Source: an uncultured archaeon (lineage in GTDB: Archaea; Asgardarchaeota; Lokiarchaeia; Sigyniarchaeales; SOKP01). Taken from it: 25,237 bases of DNA. The notes under the pieces were generated by a model. The model saw nothing but the letters and a program-made list of their open reading frames with translations. It made no database searches and had not been told where the DNA came from. The position numbers and the translations under genes are program-made. Of this stretch, positions 8,947-17,069 are shown one piece after another (position 1 is the first letter of the stretch; each line of letters begins with the position of its first letter). The DNA lies in contig CAYLZE010000073.1 in NCBI GenBank assembly GCA_964388035.1, forward strand, positions 1 to 25,237, given 5' to 3'.

Positions 8947-9307
8947 TAATATAACCTTTTTTTTTCTTAAAATTGATTTTAATTTGAAATTGGATAATTT
9001 CATTTTATGTAACTATCCTATTTAAAGGTATTTCTAAAATTCTAAGTAAGATGTTAAAATTCTTTTCAAAAATGGTAACAAAGAAAAAAATACGTTGCTA
9101 TTTTGGTAAAGCTCTTAATAAATCTTGTTGGAAAAAAAGGTTGTTTTAGCAAAATTGAATTCCATCTGTAATGCTTTCAATTCGGTGTCTTCTTAAATCA
9201 TAAATTATGGCATTGAAATTCCGAAAACATTGACAATATTTTTTACTCTCCAATCATCCCGATCTATATAATACAATAGATATGAACTAAATTAGAGGAT
9301 ATTTACA

Positions 9308-10219
9308 GTGAAATTTGGTATAGCACCACTAACACTAGAATTGATCATGGGAATTATCCTTCAAAAAAAAGGATTGGATGGATTAAAGGACTTTAAGTTC
9401 TCTAACATTATTCGAAGAGTGGCAGAAGCAGGATATAGGCATTGTGAATTGACTTTAGATATTTTTCAAATTTTCCCCATTACAGTTAGCAATGAAGAAA
9501 TTGCCCAATTGATAGAGATTAAAAAAGAATATAACATGACTTATTCTGCTCATTTTCCCTTACTAAGTATTGACCTCGCGTGTCCCAATCAATTTACACG
9601 ACAAGGGAGTATCAATGCTACGATAAATTCTTATGAACTTTTTAAGGGATTAGAAAAAGAGATTGATCTCTATGTAATTCATCCCACGGGAGAAGTGGTG
9701 TCAGATATATTACAATTCATGGGGCAATATCCCGATATTGGCTCCCTTGCTTTAGATTTATTTGCAAATTATTCCATACAAAGCATTAAGGATATCATGA
9801 ACATTTCCAAGATAGACAGAGAGAAATTAGTCGTTGAAAACGTGATATTTCCATTTGCTCCTACAATTGACATTATAAATGAATTGAACGTGGGCCTATG
9901 CCTTGATACGGCTCACATTCTAGGGGGCTTTTCAGGAGAGGTTGATTTAATCGAAACAACAACTAAATACTTAAATATCACAAAAGAAATTCATTTACAG
10001 GATTATTCAGCAAATTATGTTAGAGAACATTCTCCCTTGGGAACGGGAAGTAATTTTCCTTCTAAATTCTTGAAAATTATACATGATCAAGGGTTCAAGG
10101 GTCCCATCGTGTTTGAATTATTTAACGACGAGGCAATTGCTTCCATTAATTATATTAAAGAACATGCTCCAGAAATTGATGTTCCGAATGCTAAAAACAT
10201 CTCGTTTTCTCCTCCATAG
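9308..10219 (+). CDS. Xylose isomerase-like/AP endonuclease 2 TIM-barrel metalloenzyme (possibly CbiR-like)
   Basis: SAHFP, VIHP, VEN, LCLDTAH, EIHLQD, EHSPLG, IVFEL metal-ligand series; GAGG SD before GTG. Confidence 0.8.
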   Translation: MKFGIAPLTLELIMGIILQKKGLDGLKDFKFSNIIRRVAEAGYRHCELTLDIFQIFPITVSNEEIAQLIEIKKEYNMTYSAHFPLLSIDLACPNQFTRQGSINATINSYELFKGLEKEIDLYVIHPTGEVVSDILQFMGQYPDIGSLALDLFANYSIQSIKDIMNISKIDREKLVVENVIFPFAPTIDIINELNVGLCLDTAHILGGFSGEVDLIETTTKYLNITKEIHLQDYSANYVREHSPLGTGSNFPSKFLKIIHDQGFKGPIVFELFNDEAIASINYIKEHAPEIDVPNAKNISFSPP

Positions 10220-10339
10220 TCAATGCTTCCAACTCATCATTAACAAAATGGTTCAACTTAAATCAATAGATAAATCTTAAGCAATCTTAAATCAGGGGAT
10301 TTTATTAATTTATATTTACCTAAAAAAAGAAGAAATAAA

Positions 10340-11356
10340 TTATAATTCAACAAGGACTTTAATTTCATCGTGCGGAGGATTTGCTAATTTTTCGAACATG
10401 GTTGGTACATCATCCAGCTTTATAATGCTTGTAATTATTGCTCGAGCATTAACTTGTTTACTTGCTATAAGTTCCATTGAGGCTTGAAACACTTCTGGGG
10501 TGAAACTATATATGCCTCTGATTGATATATTTTTTAAGGGTATTTGCATCAATCCGCGCATTTCAAAGGGCTCCGAATGGATTCCGATAAGGGTAATATG
10601 CCCTCCTTTTTTAATTAAAGTAAGGGAAGTCATGATCGTATCTGGAATCCCCACACAATCAAAAATGTGATCAGGACCTATTCTATCGGTCATTCGCGTT
10701 ACTTTTACAGATTGCTTAGGATGGAGAGCTTCAGTAGCTCCCAATTTTAAAGCTTTTTCCTGTTTAGACTCAACCGGTTCAATAACAAAAATTTTCCCCG
10801 CCCCTGCTGCTTTTAAGGCTTGAATCGTCATGAGACCAATGGTTCCCGCACCAAAAACAAGGGCGCTTTCCCCTAATTTAATTCCAGATTCTCTCACGGC
10901 GTACACGCAATTTGCTAAGGGTTCTACACACGCCGCTTCTTGAAATGAAAGTTCGCTTGGTATTTCAAGCACGCGATCCGATTTTACTTTTACATACTCT
11001 GCCATTCCTCCATCTTGTGTTGTCCCTAAAGAACTATTGGATATTTTACACATGTTTTCCTCATTACGGTTACACCAATAACAGTCATGGCAAGGTAAGA
11101 TGGGATTTACCGTGACGTGTTTTCCTGATGTTAACTTTTTCACGTTCTTTCCCATTTCTACCACTTCTCCCGAAAACTCATGACCCAAAATTATTTTGGG
11201 CAAATAAACTCCTCCCGATTTATATGACTCTACACCTGATCCACATATACCACAATATTTCACCTTAACCAAAACTTCATCAGCATTCAATTCTGGTTTT
11301 TGCAAATCATCCTTTACTACTACACTCCTTTTATCTAAATATACTGCACCTCTTAT
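10340..11356 (-). CDS. Zinc-dependent medium-chain alcohol/polyol dehydrogenase (threonine/sorbitol/butanediol DH-like)
   Basis: CGICGS, LGHEFSG, CHDCYWC..C, ACVEP, GAGTIG. The frame continues upstream of the track's TTG (11305) as (I/M)RGAVYLDKRSVVVKDD from ATA at 11356. Confidence 0.88.
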   Translation of the reverse strand: MRGAVYLDKRSVVVKDDLQKPELNADEVLVKVKYCGICGSGVESYKSGGVYLPKIILGHEFSGEVVEMGKNVKKLTSGKHVTVNPILPCHDCYWCNRNEENMCKISNSSLGTTQDGGMAEYVKVKSDRVLEIPSELSFQEAACVEPLANCVYAVRESGIKLGESALVFGAGTIGLMTIQALKAAGAGKIFVIEPVESKQEKALKLGATEALHPKQSVKVTRMTDRIGPDHIFDCVGIPDTIMTSLTLIKKGGHITLIGIHSEPFEMRGLMQIPLKNISIRGIYSFTPEVFQASMELIASKQVNARAIITSIIKLDDVPTMFEKLANPPHDEIKVLVEL

Positions 11357-11673
11357 GATTTGAACACCTTCATATTGTTCATCCTTAATTCAATTTTCTT
11401 TCTCATTATATAATAATATTACAAATAAGAACTGATGGATTTTTTAATCATATTTTAAACAGCGAAAAAAGATTTTTTTCACCATTCTTGATTCTTGTAA
11501 GAATATTTAAAAAGAATACTTAATTGGTCCAGACATTTTCAAAATTGATTAAGTGTTAATTTCTGTTGGATTTTCAAATATCTCACAAAAAATGTGAACT
11601 TTTATTTTAGTTGTTAAATGTATTGAAGTCATCAATTTAAATAAAATATTAAATAAAAAAATTAAGAAAAATC

Positions 11674-11844
11674 ATGGAACAAGTAAATAATGATAACCAA
11701 CCTGTCATGGATGATAGTGCAGAATATTCAAAACTAAAAATCCTTTCATATACTTCCACTTGGTACATGGACTCCATTTTCATCGGTTTTTTCGGCGCAG
11801 TGGTATTTTATTTTTATGAAGTGGAAGTGGGCCTTCCCTCCTAA
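11674..11844 (+). pseudogene. 5' fragment (56 aa) of a GPH/MelB-type MFS transporter
   Basis: MEQVNNDNQPVMDDSAEYSKLKILSYTSTWYMDSIFIGFFGAVVFYFYEVEVGLPS*. It matches the SY...TM1...FYFYxxxxGL start of GPH-family MFS carriers and stops after the first helix. Confidence 0.75.
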
Positions 11845-12631
11845 TTTAAAAGCCATAATTGAAGTCGGAGGACAACATCCCTCGCCCAAGATTCTTGACT
11901 ATGAAACTTGTTTTCAAAGGAAAATTCGAGTTTTGAGCTGTGCTCCAGCTTTTGCACCTATGGTTGCAGAAATGGGCCTCGGTTTAGCAATTTCTGCGGC
12001 AAGGGATATCACGCAAGCCGATAGAGATATAAGGGTAGGCATGGAAAAGTGGCAATTTATGTACGTGTCAACATTATATGATCAATTGATCGGGATTATC
12101 GGTTATGGTAATCTTGCAAGAACATTAAAGCCTCTTCTAGATCCATTTCACTGTAAAATCCAAGCATATGATCCCTGGCTTCCCAAAAGTTATCTAAAAA
12201 AGCAAGGCGTTGCATCGGTTAGCTTGGAAACCCTTTTAGAAACCTCCAAGTTTATATTCGTTTTGGCCATACCTTCTGCAGAAAATAAAGCGCTCCTTTC
12301 TCGGGAGTTATTACTCAAAATTCAAAAAGATTCAATTCTAATCCTCTTAAGCCGCGCCCATCTGATCGATTTTGATGCGTTAATAGAATTCACGAACGAG
12401 AATAGGTTTAAGGCTGCCATTGACGTGTATCCCATCGAACCTTTGCCAAAAGATCATCCCGTACGCAGAGCTAAGAATGTAATACTCACTCCTCACCTTG
12501 CTGGTTCTGCATTACAAGCCCGTCGCAATATTGGACGCATGGTAACCGACGACATCGAAGCAATGCTTTTAGGATTACCTCCGATGAATTTGCAAACAGC
12601 TCAACTCGAGCTCATGCATAGATTCAATTAA
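11816..12631 (+). pseudogene. D-isomer-specific 2-hydroxyacid dehydrogenase, N-terminally truncated
   Basis: PNLKAII, VAEMGL, GIIGYGNLA, YDPW, SRA, IDVYPIEP, LTPHLAG (Arg/Glu/His triad intact). The first part of the substrate-binding domain is absent; MKWKWAF is an off-frame read of the MFS fragment. Confidence 0.75.
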
Positions 12632-13041
12632 ATTCTAAATTTTAAACAAATAAATAAGCGAGCATTCAAAAAAGTGTTTAAAAAAGCTTTTAAACAAGTG
12701 AATAAAATTAATCTATTAAAATAGAATTATGCATAATTAGTCAAATAATGCCATGAATGGATAAATAAGGAGTGTTTCTAATTCACTTTTCTTATATTTT
12801 ACTTTTAAATTATAATTTTTCTCCATTTTTATAGTAATGTTTATGGTTAATTTATATACTTTTTCGCTATGCATTTCATAAAAGGAGTTATTCAAAGAAT
12901 ACCATTTCTCCATTATCAAGAAAAGGAATGCAATGATAAATGATATTATCATTAAATTCTAAATTTATCAAAATAAAAACCTTTTTTTCCATTAATCGCA
13001 TATAATAAAATTAACACGAAAAAATAGGATTAGAGATCAAA

Positions 13042-13419
13042 ATGGAAAACCTTGAAAATGTTCCTGCTTTATTTTATTCCGCCTTCTGGTCCACGCGGGA
13101 GATGGGTTTTTTAAAACGAATATTAACGGACTTAAAGATTGATAAGATGAAGATTCTGATATTCATGCAAGATTATTTGCCCGGGGCTCTTATTACATTA
13201 GATGGGCAAAAAGGTGATTATTTAATTGAACCCGTAGAAAATCCTGAATCTGTAGAATATGATGGAGCTTTCATTGGTAACATGAAAGATATTATCAATT
13301 TATTACAAGGAAATATGATTTTAAAAGGAATTTCCTATCTTATAACTCGGAGAATTAAAATGAAAGGAATTGGTTCTTTACTGAAATTTTTAAATTTATT
13401 AGGGAGGGTGGCTTTATAA
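13042..13419 (+). CDS. Small protein, SCP2 sterol/lipid-binding-like domain
   Basis: 125 aa; C-terminal pattern YDGAFIGNMKDIINLLQG...LITRRIKMKG..SLLKF resembles SCP2 domains. Its stop abuts the next ATG. Confidence 0.55.
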   Translation: MENLENVPALFYSAFWSTREMGFLKRILTDLKIDKMKILIFMQDYLPGALITLDGQKGDYLIEPVENPESVEYDGAFIGNMKDIINLLQGNMILKGISYLITRRIKMKGIGSLLKFLNLLGRVAL

Positions 13420-14547
13420 ATGAAAGGTGCATTGGAAGTAGTATGGGATGCACTTGAATGTAAGACACCCAGCCGGATGCCATCCTTTTGCTTAGGTGCG
13501 GATTGGGACTTCATGGAGCGCTATTACGCAGAGGTTGGATTTACCTATGAAGAATTCCAAGAATATAAAAAGGATAAGTTGCCATGGCTCTGTCCCACTC
13601 TTATTCCTTTATCCGTAAAATTGGGAGCAGATCTCGCATGGGTTACTATTTCAGGTCCTTTAGTCTGGCTGGATCACTTAAATTTACCCGCTCAAACGGA
13701 TGGCGGACTCTTTAAAATCGTAACTCGTATCTCGCCCTATAAACAACCAAAAGGTCGGGAAAAGCATCCGATTCCTCACTGGTGGTGGATTAAGGAAGGC
13801 CTAACTTCGAAACAAGTAATAAGAGATTACATGAAAAGAGATTTGAAGATTTCTAAAAAGTCATTTGCGAAATATAAAGAAATAATTGAGACTTGTGAGA
13901 GAAAATATAATTTGGTGCTCTCGATAGGTTTAACGGGTCCTTGGGAATTTCTTCATTTTGGTGTTGGATTCGGCAACATAGCCAAATTATGGAGAAAAGA
14001 CCGGGCATTCCTACATGAAATAAATGATTATTTTTGCGAAATTGCGCTGGATGGAATGAAAAAATTAGTAAAGGAAGCTCAGCCAAAAGTGGTCATGATT
14101 GGAGATGATTATGGTTTCAATCAAGGGCTTCAAATGAGCGTGGAAATGTGGAAAGATTTAGTAAAACCTACCTTAGCAGAACATGTAAATATTGTCCATG
14201 ATTCTGGTGCTAAATGTTTGTTACATTCATGTGGTAATATAGGAGATTTATTTCCAGAATTCATAGATGTTGGATTGGATGGAGTAGAATCTTTAAAGCC
14301 TTTTAATAATGATTTAGTAAGCATTAAAAAAAAATACGGGGATAAAATCGCGCTGATCGGGACGATTGACGATACTAATCTGTTAAAAAACGCTACGCCC
14401 CAGGAAGTTAAATTATCAGTTAAAAAATCCATAGATGAGCTTGGTCCACATGGGTATATTCCGGGAGCCACGAATTTTCTGCTCGATCAACCAGTTGACA
14501 ACATTCTCGCCATGTTTGAAGCAATAAATGAATACAAAATTAATTAA
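13420..14547 (+). CDS. Uroporphyrinogen decarboxylase-like / MtaA-CmuA superfamily protein
   Basis: GPWE, IGDDYG, MSVEMWKDLVKP, LHSCGNI, IKKKYGDKIALIGTID, TPQEV, PVDNILAM. Confidence 0.88.
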   Translation: MKGALEVVWDALECKTPSRMPSFCLGADWDFMERYYAEVGFTYEEFQEYKKDKLPWLCPTLIPLSVKLGADLAWVTISGPLVWLDHLNLPAQTDGGLFKIVTRISPYKQPKGREKHPIPHWWWIKEGLTSKQVIRDYMKRDLKISKKSFAKYKEIIETCERKYNLVLSIGLTGPWEFLHFGVGFGNIAKLWRKDRAFLHEINDYFCEIALDGMKKLVKEAQPKVVMIGDDYGFNQGLQMSVEMWKDLVKPTLAEHVNIVHDSGAKCLLHSCGNIGDLFPEFIDVGLDGVESLKPFNNDLVSIKKKYGDKIALIGTIDDTNLLKNATPQEVKLSVKKSIDELGPHGYIPGATNFLLDQPVDNILAMFEAINEYKIN

Positions 14548-14570
14548 GGGAAGAAATACTGGGATAATTA

Positions 14571-16271
14571 ATGGTAGATCCTTCTATACCATGGTGGAAA
14601 AAGACCGTTGTGTATCAAATTTATCCACGCTCCTTTCAAGACACGATGGGAAATGGGATTGGGGATTTAAGGGGTATTGTAGATAGGATTGACTATCTCA
14701 GAGATTTAGGCGTTGAAACTCTATGGATCAGCCCTTTTTATTGTTCTCCAAGTGAAAATTGTTATGGAGAACATGATTGCGGGTATGATATCACGGATTA
14801 TCGAGAAATTAATCCCGAATATGGCACGATGGAGATTTTTGAAGAACTAATTAAGAAGTCTCATGAAATGGGGTTGAAAATCATCATGGACATGGTTTTG
14901 AACCACACCTCCAAGGAACATCCCTGGTTTAAAGAATCCCGTTCCAGTAGATATAATCCTAAACGAGATTGGTACATATGGAGGGATGGTAAGAAACCGA
15001 ACGGTAAAAAACCCCCCAATAATTGGAGATCAATCGGCGGTAGCGCTTGGGAATATGATCCTAAAACTGACCAATGGTATTATCATGCCTTTCTTCCCTT
15101 TCAACCCGACTTAAATTATAGAAATCCCCGGGTGAGGAAGGAAATGCTAGATATTATCCATTTTTGGTTGGAAAAAGGAGTGGACGGATTTCGACTGGAC
15201 ATTATAAACGCTTTATTTGAGGATCCTCTTTTTCGAGATTCTCCGATTACGTATAAACTCTTCTCCGAGGATTTAGATCTATTTTTCAGGAGTTCTCAGA
15301 TGACGCTGAATCACGGCGATACGATTAAATTTTGTAAGACTTTAAGGAAGACTATTGATAAATTTCCGGGAAAATTTCTGGTAGGGGAGATCAGTGCTTC
15401 TATAAAAACTTTAAGAAAATACTTGGGAAATGTAACACGAGATGGAAAAAATAATGATGGTCTTAATCTCGTATTTCTTTTTAAATCAATGAATGTCCCA
15501 CTGAAAGCCTCATCAATTAAAAAGTTGATCAGTTCATATGAAACTCATTTTCCCGTGCCATTTTTGCCAACATGGGTATTTAGCAACCATGATACGTATC
15601 GCAGGATTTCAAAATTGGGAAATAATAAAATGAAAGCAAAATTAAACATGGCCTTACAATTAACCACCCGGGGAGTTCCCTTTATTTATTATGGAGAAGA
15701 AATTGGGATTGAACAAGCAAGATTTCATAAAAGAGAGAGTAAGGACGCATTATCTATATTTTATAATATAATCCCGCAATTTTTACGCAATATTTTATGG
15801 AGAACGGGACGCTCTCTGAATCGTGATGAGTGTAGAACGCCCATGCAATGGAACGGATCTAAAAATGCGGGATTTTCCCCTCCAAACGTGGAACCTTGGC
15901 TTCCCGTGAATTATTCTCATAATATTAATAATGTAGAAAAAGAACTAAAAGAAGCAGATTCTTTATTGAATTGCTACAAAAGATTCTTAAAAACTAGAGC
16001 CCGAACACCCGCACTTAATTCCGGAAGTTTTACATTTAAGAAAGTAGAAAATTCTCCTAAATCTCTCCTTGCATATGAAAGATCATTTATAAATAAACAA
16101 GCGACCGAAAAGGCTCATGTCTATCTAAATTTTTCATCTAATACGCTAAAATTTCAAAATCCTACTCCTAATCTGCGCTTGCTCGTTTCTACTTCCACGA
16201 AAATACGACCTTTAAATCAAGACAATATCATTTTAGGTCCATGGGAAGGAATTGTTTTAATAGAAAGATAG
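14571..16271 (+). CDS. GH13 alpha-glucosidase / oligo-1,6-glucosidase
   Basis: WWKKTVVYQIYPRSFQD, DMVLNHTS, QPDLN, GFRLD (nucleophile), VGE (acid/base), SNHD, YYGEEIG, RDECRTPMQW. Confidence 0.95.
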   Translation: MVDPSIPWWKKTVVYQIYPRSFQDTMGNGIGDLRGIVDRIDYLRDLGVETLWISPFYCSPSENCYGEHDCGYDITDYREINPEYGTMEIFEELIKKSHEMGLKIIMDMVLNHTSKEHPWFKESRSSRYNPKRDWYIWRDGKKPNGKKPPNNWRSIGGSAWEYDPKTDQWYYHAFLPFQPDLNYRNPRVRKEMLDIIHFWLEKGVDGFRLDIINALFEDPLFRDSPITYKLFSEDLDLFFRSSQMTLNHGDTIKFCKTLRKTIDKFPGKFLVGEISASIKTLRKYLGNVTRDGKNNDGLNLVFLFKSMNVPLKASSIKKLISSYETHFPVPFLPTWVFSNHDTYRRISKLGNNKMKAKLNMALQLTTRGVPFIYYGEEIGIEQARFHKRESKDALSIFYNIIPQFLRNILWRTGRSLNRDECRTPMQWNGSKNAGFSPPNVEPWLPVNYSHNINNVEKELKEADSLLNCYKRFLKTRARTPALNSGSFTFKKVENSPKSLLAYERSFINKQATEKAHVYLNFSSNTLKFQNPTPNLRLLVSTSTKIRPLNQDNIILGPWEGIVLIER

Positions 16272-16502
16272 AAATTATTATGAGGAAAATTACCACCATC
16301 CCTTAATTTTTTTGACGCAGGGGAAGTAATATAAGAACCTCCTTGATGATTTTAAATAAGTAAATGGGCTCAAAGTAGGTAGCTAAAGATCCAATGATAA
16401 TATAAAAATTACTTACTACCCCTAAGAAATTTTAATTAATCCAATAATTTTTTCAAAATTTTTGAGATATATGTTCTTAACATTATAATTGAGAATGTAA
16501 TA

Positions 16503-16916
16503 ATGGAACTCGAAGCAGAATCTAATCATAAAATTATTTCAATGTTATTCCATAAATTGAAAAAAATACCCTTAATTAGAGCAAATATTACTATTAAAAG
16601 TGCTATTTTAACTATTCTATCTAATGCGATAAAATTTTCACCAATTAATGGAAAAATTAATATAAATATTGATTATTTCTATCCAAATATCTATTTTGAA
16701 GTCGCCGATCAAGGAAAGGGAATTCCAGATCATCTAAAGCAAGAAGCTTTTGAGCCACTATTTTCTTATGGCGAAGAAAAAGGAATGGGCTTAGGTTTGG
16801 CAATAACTCATGAAGCAATTCAAAATTTTAACGAAAAAATATGGATCGAAGATAATAAAACTGGAGGAACTAAAATATGTCTTAAATTGCTTGCTTATTC
16901 CCGGGAAACACCATGA
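16503..16916 (+). CDS. Stand-alone HATPase_c domain (histidine kinase C-terminal fragment; possible pseudogene)
   Basis: N box LSNAIKF, G1 DQGKGIP, F box AFEPLF, G2 GMGLGL; no H-box or sensor domain. Confidence 0.75.
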   Translation: MELEAESNHKIISMLFHKLKKIPLIRANITIKSAILTILSNAIKFSPINGKININIDYFYPNIYFEVADQGKGIPDHLKQEAFEPLFSYGEEKGMGLGLAITHEAIQNFNEKIWIEDNKTGGTKICLKLLAYSRETP

Positions 16917-17069
16917 ATAGAGAATCTTGGTATACTGCATTAATAAGTAAGATTATTATTCAGTAGGTTCTATCTCATTTATCTAATTTCTGTTAAATAT
17001 AATGCAATTGGAAAAAATTAGAGAGAAATTTGTTCAATAGTTAAAAAAAAATAAGATTTCTTGAATTTT

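Noticed and set aside
12737-12952. 71-aa minus-strand ORF
   Set aside because: Extremely AT-rich, no motif or SD, and lies just upstream of the operon at 13042; probably spurious, though not excluded.
16343-16400. TGATGA box-C-like motif suggesting a C/D sRNA
   Set aside because: No downstream CTGA box D.
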